Of a stretch of 64,000 bases of DNA, positions 45,101 through 55,200 are shown one piece after another. How positions within the stretch are numbered: position 1 is the stretch's first letter; each line of letters begins with the position of its first letter. Where the stretch lies: the NCBI GenBank assembly GCA_937625935.1, contig OW569381.1:186001-250000 (forward strand), read 5' to 3'. A program made the translations under genes and the position numbers. Below the pieces are notes generated by a model that did not search any database, was not told the origin of the DNA, and saw nothing but the letters and a program-made list of their open reading frames with translations. This DNA is from Tetramitus jugosus. Lineage: Eukaryota; Protista; Heterolobosea.

Positions 45101-46697
45101 CAGATGAAAACATGTTGCCAAGATCCGAATAATAAGGCGATCTTTGTTCAACTGATCCAGAAGGTGATGATTGTTGTCTTGGTACAAACTGTTGTTGAGA
45201 TACTTGTTGTTGAGGTGTTGGCTCATTCATCAAATAATTTGAATTTGCATCATCTGTTGATTGATGCACGACTTGTAATGCTTGCATGAGATCTCTCTGC
45301 TGTGAAGATTTTCTCTTACTACCGCTCTTCTTTGATGAAGAACGAGTCGTACCGCTGCTCATGGATGATGTTCGACTCCTAGGTGAAGGTGGTGGTAATG
45401 AATCATATTGTTGTTGTTGAGGTTGTTGTTGCATGTACAAGTGTTGTTGGTGTTGTTGTTGTGAGGGATAATGATGAACATGTGGTGAATGTTGTTGTTG
45501 TTGTTGTTGTTGATGAGGATGATGTGGTGAATGTTCACCACTGTACAGGTTGGACATTGATTGTACTGTGGGTAAGTAACCTGAATGCTGTTGATGCTGT
45601 TGGTGATGATTGTTGTGATGATTATGGTGGTGTGTCATCATGGAAGCACGTGCTGGTGGTGGTGATAACTGTTGTTGTTGTTGTTGGAGGTGTTGTTGAT
45701 GATTTTGTTGACCAAAGTGACTAATACTGTTTCTTCTCAATAGAGCAGTAGTTGGATCAGTTGTAGGTGAGTGCAAATAATTCATTTCACCATTATTGTC
45801 AAGATTATAAGCTTGTGATGATGATGAAGATGCATACATGGGTTGTTGTTGTTGTTGTCCTCTTATTAAATTATGTAATGGTTGTTGTTGTAATGTTGGA
45901 TGTTGTTGTTGTTGTTGTTGTTGCATATCATTGTTCGCTTGGAGTGGTTGATGAGGATGCCAGTACTCTGCAGGTGTTGAATAGGATGTCCATGATTGAG
46001 AGTGGGAAGGAAGTGGTGATTGAGTGTGCAATTGTTGTTGCTGAAATTGTGGTTGTTGTTGATGTTGTTTTTGCTTACCACCACTTGCGGAAGCTGATGG
46101 CCGCAAGCTTTTTCGTCTTCTTTTTTCTTTTGGAGCTGAATTTGATGACGAAGCTTGCTGAGGGTTGTTCATTTGGTTCGATAGCTCAGACAGTGATTCA
46201 AGATCGGCGCTTGTCAATGATGAATGATGTTTCTGTTGCTGTTGTTGCTGTTGTCGATTTTGTAAATTTTGTAAATGTTGATAGTGTTGATACTCATTTT
46301 CTTCCCTTTCTTGTTGAATTAGAAATTCCTTCACTTGATGGAGGTGGTCAATGGTTTGTTGTCGCTCCAGTAGCTTTCTCTCCAATTCTTGCTCCAACCA
46401 ATCCAAGTGACTCATTTCGTTGCCTGGCATGGGATAACCCATTTGATAGGGTAGGGATTGAGAGGGTGATGGAGGTGGTTGAGTTTGTTGTTGCTGTTGT
46501 TGTTGTTCTTGGAGTCGCATCTGTAGTTCTTGTTCTTTTCGTAGTCTGGCCACTTCTTGATTGAGTTCATCGACGCGTATCAAGAGCTGAGCTTGTGGTT
46601 GATCTTCGTTGCCTTCCATAGGACGATACTCGGTTGACCAGACGTATTTTTTTTGAGGTGGTACACTACCACCAGTCGTGTTATTATTGTTGTTCAT
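42171..46697 (-). CDS. Large Q/H/S-rich low-complexity protein with C-terminal helical/coiled-coil region
   Basis: ~1508-aa ORF with polyQ (CAA) tracts and heptad repeats (LRDEKNELELRLARVTSQLNEVQTKLSHV). No recognisable family. Confidence 0.85.
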   Translation of the reverse strand: MNNNNNTTGGSVPPQKKYVWSTEYRPMEGNEDQPQAQLLIRVDELNQEVARLRKEQELQMRLQEQQQQQQQTQPPPSPSQSLPYQMGYPMPGNEMSHLDWLEQELERKLLERQQTIDHLHQVKEFLIQQEREENEYQHYQHLQNLQNRQQQQQQQKHHSSLTSADLESLSELSNQMNNPQQASSSNSAPKEKRRRKSLRPSASASGGKQKQHQQQPQFQQQQLHTQSPLPSHSQSWTSYSTPAEYWHPHQPLQANNDMQQQQQQQHPTLQQQPLHNLIRGQQQQQPMYASSSSSQAYNLDNNGEMNYLHSPTTDPTTALLRRNSISHFGQQNHQQHLQQQQQQLSPPPARASMMTHHHNHHNNHHQQHQQHSGYLPTVQSMSNLYSGEHSPHHPHQQQQQQQHSPHVHHYPSQQQHQQHLYMQQQPQQQQYDSLPPPSPRSRTSSMSSGTTRSSSKKSGSKRKSSQQRDLMQALQVVHQSTDDANSNYLMNEPTPQQQVSQQQFVPRQQSSPSGSVEQRSPYYSDLGNMFSSVMGSTSSTSSSSGGGGGGGGAIDQVPVANSQGMSPVVAVGAPAVKVSTPLQQQQQEVTDHMTVVVDPFDNLVSPTTTGLQEVFEEYKFPASRSDAGHMSSGSNSNNNSGFLTASDDDDGGSTTNDESDDQHEIMHRIESVDVIQTQSSPIGPATSELRASSGGGAKGNGDPILQKKLESFKFGYNSPRTDASPLSVTSTSSFKNAPALFNNRTTSPSYPMQTIPQQQQLHQLSQSQPLQQQQQQLQQQQMRQSPLSQSKSVQNLGGEIEPHGDDVWTDDEEEEVEEDQSPYYVPRASVQYRRDKPISFNFSTITSQSVLIREIENAAEYVPLESRTELWKTFCSMLKDDVSGRGWTYVGANNRSVGFRHAFLISRVMEKIIEGILLEPDCGDPATLFDLFSYTMVGTHNDHVQLITLLKSIGRAKELDNPARSGAIVKIATEVVSTFKVKLDEQPQVSDSIEKIDKELIALEEQLNLESTKSQRTSTILAKMEIARRLVHYYNQKRQFVAIRRKHVGLDTVQRFFHHCQQSVGAPIHGVHSPINHQLTQRIANEQQQYTSRIQTLDEHCRVLQKRATQLRDEKNELELRLARVTSQLNEVQTKLSHVSGEKLDLEEKLRIVIAQAKADEVKRRNTQSRSQVTTMGVLAELVDYSRNIILSELAERDQGYSQIFDQCTQSYHDRVLFLLEQQNQAMINILKTKILYCCEKLDHLKNTSRDPQSTYIEKLKRYYDRYLGAEKICIDILEGAERLNRLIHEKDKDVELGDPNFAEFVIQADSQFSILSESENIMIACNKDVQWVYDELESYERQANQLLFTPNCMDSAGMGYHDMNEISHVPSRPIDNQFDRDKLAQIEDFLKTHQANSQEEAATHATTISIPDSGRSRSSSNASNSSSKSSKSSNKVLIPREVDFLNNDHPRIAKRRSSVSSAMPGHTHELPDPSLLQRRSSVSSAMYHHATKPRMRRQSKEDTSAIE

Positions 46698-47231
46698 CAC
46701 GATAATTTTTTATATTACCAGTGTGTTATGTGTTGTTGTGTTTTGATATGTGTTGATCAAAGTGGATCTGGTGGAATGTTTTTTGGTGGGGCAATAGTTG
46801 TTTGAATTTTTCGTCCCAGTCGTTGTTCGAAGTTTGAATTTCGCAATGTGTTGCGAAGGTAGTGTCTGGAAAGGAAAGTCGAGAGATCTTTTGTCTGCAC
46901 GACTCAAAGAAGAAGACAGTACGGGTGAAAGAAGAAGAAGGTTTTTGTGTTGTTTTATGAGTTGTGTTGCATGGATTCATCTGAAGAAAAGAAAAGAGAT
47001 TGATGCATGCCTCTAAATCAAAATTAGGCTTCGCAGGAGATAGGTATTCTTTTGGGCATTTCGGATAAAAAACTCATCTTACTTTTGACACAAATCAACA
47101 AAAGGAGACAATACCAAGGAAAGCCACACAGAAACACCAGAACTCCACTTGGCAACAATTTCCAGGTTGATTTGTTAGATCTTCCTCGCGATATTGCTTT
47201 GTCTTGAATCGTAGTTATTGAATATCCCCGC

Positions 47232-47243
47232 TTTGGCGGGAAA
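47232..47243. promoter_or_regulatory. E2F-like site TTTGGCGGGAAA in a divergent promoter
   Basis: Matches the palindrome-type E2F/DP consensus (TTTCCCGCCAAA on -) and lies between two head-to-head genes. Confidence 0.35.
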
Positions 47244-47311
47244 AAGCGAGCGGGAAACAAACAACAAACAAACCCAAACCCAAACCCTTTTTTGTCCACA
47301 TAGAGAACATC

Positions 47312-49249
47312 ATGGGATCACTTCTATTGTCATTGATATTGCTTGTTGTATGTGAAGCTATCATGGCAGCAACAACAAGTGTCTTTACTGGTGTACCAAC
47401 GACCATTTGGCCTCAACCTACATTGTACCAAATTTCGAGCAATAGTAGTGTTTTGGGTGTGGTTTCGACTGATGTTTTTGCATCGATTCGTGATATCAAA
47501 TCATCTCAAGCTTCTGCACTTTCAGTGTCCAAGATGCCCATTTTACAAAAAGCTTTGAATCGTTATTCTCAGTTGGTGTTCCAAGTACCTAGCTCCATGC
47601 AATTGCAGTTTGATCAAGCAAATCGTTGGAGTCAATTTGTTCCACAAGTCAGTTCAAATGGATTGAAACAAGTTCAATTGTCAAAGTTGGTGATTACTTT
47701 GCAGAGTTTGGAGACAAATGTGGCCATGGACTCGGATGAGAGCTATGAGATTGTAGTGCCTGATGTCAATGGTCAAGCCATTCAAATTAGCGCAAACAAT
47801 CAATGGGGTGCATTAAGAGCATTGGAGACTTTGTCACAATTGATTGTGACAACTGTTGTGACTGATAAGAAGCAAGTAATTGCTCAATCGATTCCTGCTC
47901 TACCTGTTTCGATCAAGGATGTGCCAAGATTCAAGTGGAGAGGAATTATGATCGATTTAGCCCGTCATTTCTTCCCTGTTGAAAAGGTCTTGGACATTAT
48001 TGATGCCATGTCTTATGAGAAGTTTAACAAGTTGCATTTGCATTTGATCGATGCTCAATCTTTCCCTGTTGAAATACCAGAATATGAAAACTTGGCAAAG
48101 AAAGGATCATTTGCACCGGGATTGACCTACAGTGCAAAGCAAATGGCTGAGATAGTGTCCTATGCGAACGACAGAGGTATTGAAGTCATTCCAGAGTTTG
48201 ATATGCCTGGTCATGCTGCTGCATGGGCCGATGCTTATCCAACAGCTGTGTCCACCTGTAGACCTGGAACAACAAATATTAACAATTTCCCAGTTCAACC
48301 TGCTGCGAACATTACTTATGAAATTGTTGATGCCATGGCAAAGTATGCACAGAACACCTTTGGCGGTCCATATTTCCACATTGGTTCTGATGAAGTTGTC
48401 ACCGGTTGTTGGGCTCAAGATGAAACTGTGAAAGCATTTATGAACTCAGAAGAAGCAAAGAGTCAGGGAATAGTTACCATGTACGATCTCTATGGTTACT
48501 TCCAAAAGAGAGTTGGAGAAATCGCTAAGAAGTATAAGAGAACGATGATTGCTTGGGAAGAGTTGGCTCTCGATGTCAAGACCAAGTTGTATCACTATCC
48601 AGAAGACGAAGGAATTGTGCAAGTCTGGCAATTGAGTGAAACATTGAAGAATGTGACCGACTTGGGATACAAAGCTATTATGAGTGCAGGATTTTATTTG
48701 GATAAGCAAAAGCCAGATCCATCCAGCAAGGATCGTTGGCTGTGGGTCGATACATGGGAAGACATGTACCTCAATGAACCATACAAGTTTGTTCCACATC
48801 AAGATGGAAGAAAGCTCATCTTGGGTGTTGAAGCATGCATGTGGAGTGAACAAGTCACACAGTTGAATATCGAGGCAAGAATTTGGCCTAGAGTGTCCGC
48901 TGTCTCTGAGAGAGGTTGGTCTCCACAATCCGTCAACAATACCGACGTTGCCAGAGAAAGACTGATTAACCATATTTGTGCCACTCTTGTGAAGCGTGGT
49001 GTTCGAACTGGTCCAGTCAGACCAGATTACTGTCCATATGTGTACACCTTCAATGATCAGGCAGATCGCGACACAGTTAGCAAGAATGTTCGCGGACTGC
49101 TCATCTTCAGTGTTCTCCTGAATATGGGACTGTTCTTTGGTATGTTATTCTGTGTTGCTCTGCTCTATTCTTCCTACACCAGATATGCCAAGCTCAGAGA
49201 ATCCTCCATTCAAGATTTCTCAGAGACATCCCATCTCAGACGCGATTGA
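47312..49249 (+). CDS. Beta-N-acetylhexosaminidase (GH20), type I membrane-anchored
   Basis: Signal peptide, DVPRFKWRGIMIDLARHF, PEFDMPGH, catalytic FHIGSDE, GVEACMWSE, IWPR and a C-terminal transmembrane helix. Confidence 0.96.
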   Translation: MGSLLLSLILLVVCEAIMAATTSVFTGVPTTIWPQPTLYQISSNSSVLGVVSTDVFASIRDIKSSQASALSVSKMPILQKALNRYSQLVFQVPSSMQLQFDQANRWSQFVPQVSSNGLKQVQLSKLVITLQSLETNVAMDSDESYEIVVPDVNGQAIQISANNQWGALRALETLSQLIVTTVVTDKKQVIAQSIPALPVSIKDVPRFKWRGIMIDLARHFFPVEKVLDIIDAMSYEKFNKLHLHLIDAQSFPVEIPEYENLAKKGSFAPGLTYSAKQMAEIVSYANDRGIEVIPEFDMPGHAAAWADAYPTAVSTCRPGTTNINNFPVQPAANITYEIVDAMAKYAQNTFGGPYFHIGSDEVVTGCWAQDETVKAFMNSEEAKSQGIVTMYDLYGYFQKRVGEIAKKYKRTMIAWEELALDVKTKLYHYPEDEGIVQVWQLSETLKNVTDLGYKAIMSAGFYLDKQKPDPSSKDRWLWVDTWEDMYLNEPYKFVPHQDGRKLILGVEACMWSEQVTQLNIEARIWPRVSAVSERGWSPQSVNNTDVARERLINHICATLVKRGVRTGPVRPDYCPYVYTFNDQADRDTVSKNVRGLLIFSVLLNMGLFFGMLFCVALLYSSYTRYAKLRESSIQDFSETSHLRRD

Positions 49250-49380
49250 TGACCTTACAAATAAAGTACTTTCGTGACGAAACTTCGTCAGGGGAGAAAC
49301 AAGAAAAAAAGATCGTCACATCCCAAGCAATTTTAATCCTGTCATATAAACAAACAAAAGAAGTAACCAGAATTTTCGAA

Positions 49381-51291
49381 ATGAAGGACTGGCAATCGGT
49401 GCTCCAACCATTTATTTCAGTGCCATTGTGTCAACAGCAACAAACAGATGTAATCTCATCGTTTGAAGACTGTTATCAATATAAAAGCTTGATCAAAAAA
49501 CACTTAATTGACTCGTTAGAGTTCCAGCAGGCCTCACTGGACGAATTTTGTGATTTGTTTGTTCAAGTGATTGATCTCAACGCTCACATTGCTCATTTGA
49601 CACTAATTGATGCCTATTTGCGATCATTTCGTGTCGAAGCAACGGTCACAGAGAAGCGACAAGAATTTGCGCGCCAATTGAGCGATCATTTACAGCGCTA
49701 CATTGCAGGGAATCAAGCAGAGTGCGCCAACAATGCTCGAATTAAATGTGAGCGCGCGTATTTGATTTTGTCTGATTTGTGTGCGTTGTACTCGGACTCG
49801 ACAGATGACGCGAACAGTCAAGCCATTACGTATCGGAGCAAGATTGATGTGTTGGAGAATGAGGATTTTTCAGATTGCATGTATCAAGTGTTGCTTGGTG
49901 CTGAGCTTGAAAATAATGTGGTACAGTGGGGTCATGGAGATGCAACCATAAGGGTTGAATGTCCCATGAAGGTCGCCCTCAGTAGTGCAAACAATTCGGA
50001 TCGTTATGGTGCTGCCAAGTTAGAAGGTAGTAAGGTGTTGAACATGGCTGTTAATGTAAAGAGTTACTCTGCTCAGTCAGAAGTGAGTGATGGAAATGAG
50101 ATTTGTGCACCTATTAGAGCATATATGAAACGAATTGATGAACCAAAGATTATTTTTGAGGCGTACAATGATATGAGTGGAGAGTTTAGAGGTTCGCGAC
50201 TCGTTATTGATGAAAACGACCATAGTACCTTGCGACAATTCCTGTGCGTTGCAGAAAACAAGGAGTACAACGTATCGAATGTGTTTACGGATTCAAAAGA
50301 TCCATTTCGATTTTACAAGTACGCACTTGCGTTCTCTGGTATAGTGCAATGCTTTGAATATAATCATGAAAATCGCAGCAAGAAGACGAAGGCTGAATAT
50401 TTGAAAGATTCAAGTCTCATTTGGAGAGATTTAATGCATTTCACACAGGGAAAAGGATTGATATTATATCTGTCTAACAATGGTCCTTCGAAATCTGGAT
50501 TTTCATCTTCGAGTGCAGTCATGACCACGCTTCTCGCACTCTGCTATCGTTCCATGAGTGGAGAGAACAGTGTACAAATGGATCGCTTATATGATTTGGC
50601 TCTCCTGGCTGAAAATGAGTTGGGTTTGCGCTCTGGTTGGAATGATACGTACACAGTGATGCCAGGTATTCACGATTTTATTACTCTGGCATCAGACAGA
50701 GCACCCGAGCCTCGATTCAGCAGTATATCCTCACAGTTGAACACCCAAGAATGCTGCCATTGGTTTGAGCGTCACTTATGGTTGATTCATACTGGAGTTC
50801 AGAGAAAGGCAACAGGAAGAATGAATCGAAGACATGAAGTATACTTGTCTCGCAGTGTTGATACATTCCCTTACCTCGTCAAGTCCATCACTATTCATGA
50901 CAAGATTGCTCAATCATTGTTGAAGCGTGACAGTCAATCACTGGGAGAACAATTGACCGAGTACATGTCGTATCGTGTTGCTTTCGATCCCCAAGCCACC
51001 AGTCCTCACCTGCAATATCTGTTCCAATTCTTGCACGATAGAAAGTTGATCCATGGTGGTTTGTTGGCTGGAGCTATGGGTGGTGGAATTGCCCAGATCA
51101 TCGTGACAGATTATGCTCTCGAAAAGCACACCAACAATAACATCTCACAATACCGAATCGAGTCGGCAATTGAAGAATTGAAGTGCCACACATTTGACAA
51201 TGGAGAACAGCCATTCAATAACTCTCTGTTTGGCAGAATTGAATTCAGTATCAACAGACGAGGCATCCACGTCTTTATTGAAAACCATTAA
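49381..51291 (+). CDS. GHMP-family sugar kinase (fucokinase/HddA-like)
   Basis: GPSKSGFSSSSA (variant of PxGxGLGSSAA), AENELGLRSGWND, WLIHTGVQRKA and GAMGGG. Confidence 0.8.
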   Translation: MKDWQSVLQPFISVPLCQQQQTDVISSFEDCYQYKSLIKKHLIDSLEFQQASLDEFCDLFVQVIDLNAHIAHLTLIDAYLRSFRVEATVTEKRQEFARQLSDHLQRYIAGNQAECANNARIKCERAYLILSDLCALYSDSTDDANSQAITYRSKIDVLENEDFSDCMYQVLLGAELENNVVQWGHGDATIRVECPMKVALSSANNSDRYGAAKLEGSKVLNMAVNVKSYSAQSEVSDGNEICAPIRAYMKRIDEPKIIFEAYNDMSGEFRGSRLVIDENDHSTLRQFLCVAENKEYNVSNVFTDSKDPFRFYKYALAFSGIVQCFEYNHENRSKKTKAEYLKDSSLIWRDLMHFTQGKGLILYLSNNGPSKSGFSSSSAVMTTLLALCYRSMSGENSVQMDRLYDLALLAENELGLRSGWNDTYTVMPGIHDFITLASDRAPEPRFSSISSQLNTQECCHWFERHLWLIHTGVQRKATGRMNRRHEVYLSRSVDTFPYLVKSITIHDKIAQSLLKRDSQSLGEQLTEYMSYRVAFDPQATSPHLQYLFQFLHDRKLIHGGLLAGAMGGGIAQIIVTDYALEKHTNNNISQYRIESAIEELKCHTFDNGEQPFNNSLFGRIEFSINRRGIHVFIENH

Positions 51292-51389
51292 CAAAAAAAC
51301 ACCTGTATTTTTTTTTGAAGGACTCTTCCAGACAAGTTCTCCAAAAATTGTTCCATGAACAAAAAAACAACAAAACAGAAATACAGACA

Positions 51390-52649
51390 ATGGCAAATAA
51401 ACACGTTGAACAACATGTACTGATCTTTGGAGATCACTCGTTGTTCCATGTAGAGAACAAATGGGGCCAAGTTCAATTAAAAGAAGAAGTGGCTCATCTT
51501 GCTCTGCCTACTGCACTCAGTGGTGGACAACCAATGGTAAACAACTCTGGGGACGATTATGCACGAGTACCAGTGGTCAGCGACGAGTACTTGACTCATT
51601 TGGCCTGTGGTGAAAAATTCATTGTTGCGAGCACAAATCACAATCGGGTGTTTGGTATTGGATTTTCAGGGCATGGTGAATTTTCGAGCTCAACAGTAAA
51701 TATTTATGAGTGGATCGAGGTGGATTTGGGTGAATCCTTGTCCGGGTTGCTGTATCAAAGTTCTGACAATCGAATCACGAGACTCGTGTGTGGAGGTGAA
51801 TGTATTTATATCGTGGTAAATGATCAGTGGGTGTTTAGTCGTGGATCGGACAGTGATGGACAGTTGGGTATTAGTGGAATCATGGGCAGCAAGTGCGATG
51901 TGTTTACACAGGCTTGTGAGTTTACAGAGTCAAAAATTACTCATATGAAGGCGGGTCATTATCATGCGAGCATAGTCCTCGATCACAAGATTATTTACTC
52001 GACAGGGTTCAACAGTTGTGGGCAACTGGGAATTAATTCCAGAGTGGGATCAAAGAATTCCTTTACGCTTGTCACATCACTCCCTTTAGAGGATGGAGAG
52101 TTCATTCATGATATTGGTTTGGGCGGTGCACACAGTGCAGTTCTTACTACGAGGGGTAGATTGTTTACGGTGGGATGGAATTCTTCGGGTGAATTAGCTA
52201 ATGGCTCTCGTGTCTCCACGTCCAGATGGCACCTCGTCGATGTACCCTACCTCATTTCAAAGCTATTTGTCGATGGAAAGGGAAATCGAACACTTTTCAT
52301 GTCTCGTGACGATTCACAAGTCTATGGAGCTGGATCTATTGCACAACATCATCAGAGCTGTGTAGGTCCATTGAAAATTCCAAATGATGTCACCAGTGAC
52401 GACCGAGTCGAGGTGCAGGGCTACAGAGCTGCCCTATTTGCAATCTATGATCGATCCGTAGTGCAAGGATTGTCCCAAACGAAAAAGATTCTCGACTTGC
52501 GTCCTGTGCACATGACGATTACACACTTGGAATCAGGCAACACCTTTACGGCTGCAATCGTCAGTCCGCTGACAAACCGTGCCTATCCATTGTTGGTTCA
52601 TCGAATGAGAGATCACAAACTTGCAGATGTTTCATTTCTGTTCCCCTAA
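51390..52649 (+). CDS. RCC1/BLIP-II repeat protein
   Basis: Repeats ACGEKF, GSDSDGQLG, AGHYHA, GFNSCGQLG, GGAHS and GWNSSGEL. Confidence 0.9.
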   Translation: MANKHVEQHVLIFGDHSLFHVENKWGQVQLKEEVAHLALPTALSGGQPMVNNSGDDYARVPVVSDEYLTHLACGEKFIVASTNHNRVFGIGFSGHGEFSSSTVNIYEWIEVDLGESLSGLLYQSSDNRITRLVCGGECIYIVVNDQWVFSRGSDSDGQLGISGIMGSKCDVFTQACEFTESKITHMKAGHYHASIVLDHKIIYSTGFNSCGQLGINSRVGSKNSFTLVTSLPLEDGEFIHDIGLGGAHSAVLTTRGRLFTVGWNSSGELANGSRVSTSRWHLVDVPYLISKLFVDGKGNRTLFMSRDDSQVYGAGSIAQHHQSCVGPLKIPNDVTSDDRVEVQGYRAALFAIYDRSVVQGLSQTKKILDLRPVHMTITHLESGNTFTAAIVSPLTNRAYPLLVHRMRDHKLADVSFLFP

Positions 52650-52863
52650 AAGCAATGATATCAATCTTGGCGCATACAAACGGTTTACAAACAATAAATA
52701 CAAAATAGTTTACAATCGACAATAAAATGCGCGCAATTCTGGCGCCAATCTCATTTACAATCATAAAGCTTGGTGAATCACAACAAAAACGCCACCCAAG
52801 ATGTGGTCGCGACGAACAACAACAACAAAACAAAAAACTTGGTTTTTTCTTTGGAGTTGGTTT

Positions 52864-53220
52864 CTAATAGGGACCACTAGCTCTCTGCTTGTGACGTCTC
52901 ACCCGTCTCGTATCTGCACCACTGGCCATCACTGTGCTCTCACCCATCACAGTATCACCACTCATGTCCTTTTCAGTCTTTGGTACAGCTTTTCTCTGTG
53001 CCTTGTTCTTTTCCTTCTTTGCTCTTCTCTCTGCAGTTATCAGCTTTTTGTCTTCCAATGCCTTATTTTCCTTCATAATTTCTTCATCGTCTCTCTCCAT
53101 TCTCTCAATTTGAGTCTTTTTTTCTAAACGTTGTTTTTTCTTGTCTTCACGTTCCTTCTCTTTGGCCAGTTCAAAATCGTGCCTCTTCTTGGCATAGGAC
53201 TTGTTGTTCTTTCTGGACAT
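52864..53220 (-). CDS. Small basic coiled-coil protein (possibly nucleolar)
   Basis: 118 aa from ATG 53220, very K/R/E-rich. Confidence 0.65.
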   Translation of the reverse strand: MSRKNNKSYAKKRHDFELAKEKEREDKKKQRLEKKTQIERMERDDEEIMKENKALEDKKLITAERRAKKEKNKAQRKAVPKTEKDMSGDTVMGESTVMASGADTRRVRRHKQRASGPY

Positions 53221-53426
53221 TTTGTCGATGTTGTGCTGTGGTTTTCGAAAAGCTTTTTCGTCAACAATTGTTTCTTTCACTTCAACAAAGTACTTGAACT
53301 GTGTGACTTTTTCGGAGTATTCAATTTCGGGAAAATGTCGGTGTTTTATTCATGAGCTAATTCATTGGAGGGCGGCTGGTGTATTGTGACAATGACGTCG
53401 CTACTGGTTGATGCTGATTTATTGGA

Positions 53427-54671
53427 TCAGAGGTCGTCATTACCACAGAAGGGAATGGACAACTCGAGGTCGAAATCGACAAAGGAGCCAAAGTCGAGTT
53501 CTCCAAAGTCTGGATAGCTCTCAAGTTTCTGTTCTTCTTCTGATATGGTGCTGCTATCAATAGAAGCAGCGGAATTCAATTTCTTTGAGGCGTTTTCTTC
53601 GTCCGAGCTGTCCATCTTTCGCTTTTCTCTTCTGCGTTGCGCTTTGGCAGATTCGTTTCGTTTGCTTCTCTCAAGCACATTGAAAGAAACAGACTCATAA
53701 ACACACTTCTTGTACATGGAGGGATGATCGTTCGTATCTAATTGATTCAATCGATAGATGGACACTCGGAAGCAAAACTTTCTATAGGTTTTCTTCCGTA
53801 GTTTTCTACGTTCATCGGCAGGACATTGAGCAATGTGAAGTCGGTTTGTTTCTCTAAATCTTACATGAAATTCGGCCCTACATGCGAACAATTGTTCCAC
53901 ATTCGTGTCGTCTTCCTTACAAATAAAAGCTTCATACTCTTCAAACTCGGACTTAACCTTGTTGTCGACAGTGCGAGAAGCTGTTGTTGAACTAGGGGTT
54001 GATTTTCGGCACACCTCAAAGCGAGCAACGTTTTGGTCTTCGAGAATGTGACAGTAGCGGTTGCGATCCGATAGACATGACACCTTCTCTCCAGTATCAG
54101 CATAGTAGACATCGATCATCGCCATATATTCTTCAGGTCTGTCCAACATTGTCACTACTTCAAACATGTGCGTGCGACTCGCGATAACAAACATTTCATT
54201 GCGTTCCATCTCTTCCAACATTGGAATATTGGTTTGAATCACAGCTGTCGTTGAAGTAGTAGTAGCTACTCCTGCAGATTCTTCATTTTCATTTTTGATG
54301 GGGCACAATGATGGAAGCAGTGGAGATGGGTAGATTTGATGGAAGCCTACTTGAGAGTGCAGTTTCTTGTACCGGCCAGCAATCCCGAGATTGGATTTAC
54401 TAATGGTGGTGCTGCGTGATGATGATGAGGGTGGGCACTTGGATGGTGCAGGAGATGACACAGGTGTGATGGACACCTCTGTCTTTACTTTTTCTTTCTT
54501 GATCAAGGCTTTTGGTTGTTCATTCTCTTCTTCTGTTTTGGGTAAGGAAAACACATGTTCTAAGCTGGAAACAGAGGACAATGGTGGAAATGATGGGGAA
54601 TCCAAGATGAAGCTTAGATCTATGTCTGGAGTAGATGTACCGAGTATATCTTGCAGGTTACTAGTTGCCAT
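53427..54671 (-). CDS. Hypothetical protein, possible beta-sandwich (p53/STAT/CudA-like) DNA-binding factor
   Basis: 414-aa ORF with HVRFRETNR...KFCFRVSIY...SVSFNVLERSKR followed by the NLS-like RRREKRK and an acidic tail. The family call is tentative. Confidence 0.6.
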   Translation of the reverse strand: MATSNLQDILGTSTPDIDLSFILDSPSFPPLSSVSSLEHVFSLPKTEEENEQPKALIKKEKVKTEVSITPVSSPAPSKCPPSSSSRSTTISKSNLGIAGRYKKLHSQVGFHQIYPSPLLPSLCPIKNENEESAGVATTTSTTAVIQTNIPMLEEMERNEMFVIASRTHMFEVVTMLDRPEEYMAMIDVYYADTGEKVSCLSDRNRYCHILEDQNVARFEVCRKSTPSSTTASRTVDNKVKSEFEEYEAFICKEDDTNVEQLFACRAEFHVRFRETNRLHIAQCPADERRKLRKKTYRKFCFRVSIYRLNQLDTNDHPSMYKKCVYESVSFNVLERSKRNESAKAQRRREKRKMDSSDEENASKKLNSAASIDSSTISEEEQKLESYPDFGELDFGSFVDFDLELSIPFCGNDDL

Positions 54672-55200
54672 GATGCACAGGAGAATGACTTAAGGGTCTT
54701 GTTGTTAATGATGGTATGCAAAAAGGTCTCAGAATTTGCTACCAAAATATATATAAATGATAATATAGTCTTTATATATATTGACAAGCTATTATATATG
54801 TTGCTTGGTGTTATGTGTGTTGGGTTGACCTGATTTCGTTTTTCTTGTTCGGCTTGTGCAGTACAGCGAAACCATTTTTCCTTATCAACGATCGGAGAAA
54901 TGAGATCAACAAGAAATTCAACCTCAATAACCAATGAAGAGGGTGGTCTCCAGTTGACTCTCGGGATCCCGAGGTAATTCGGCGTGAGATCAGTTGCCAC
55001 CAATTTCGTGAAGAAAGTGGCTGGGGGTTTGATTTTACCTCGCTTTCTCGTCGGAGAATCTTTCCACAAACTTTTTTTTCTGTAAAATCTGCAGAATATC
55101 TCACCGTAAAACGAACACCCGTTCAAGGACTTCTAAAAAGACGTACGTCGCCTGACGATTTCGCCATCTGTCGTAGACCAGCATGAACGGCTCGGAGTAA

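Noticed and set aside
45383-46564. Val-rich plus-strand ORFs
   Set aside because: Antisense shadows of the CAA/CAT repeats in the Q-rich gene. The same applies to most short ORFs nested opposite long genes.
49246-49380. Operon-like stop/start overlap between GH20 and the GHMP kinase
   Set aside because: The 5' extension looks like 3'UTR/promoter sequence (AATAAA, A-rich leader). ATG 49381 is the more plausible start.
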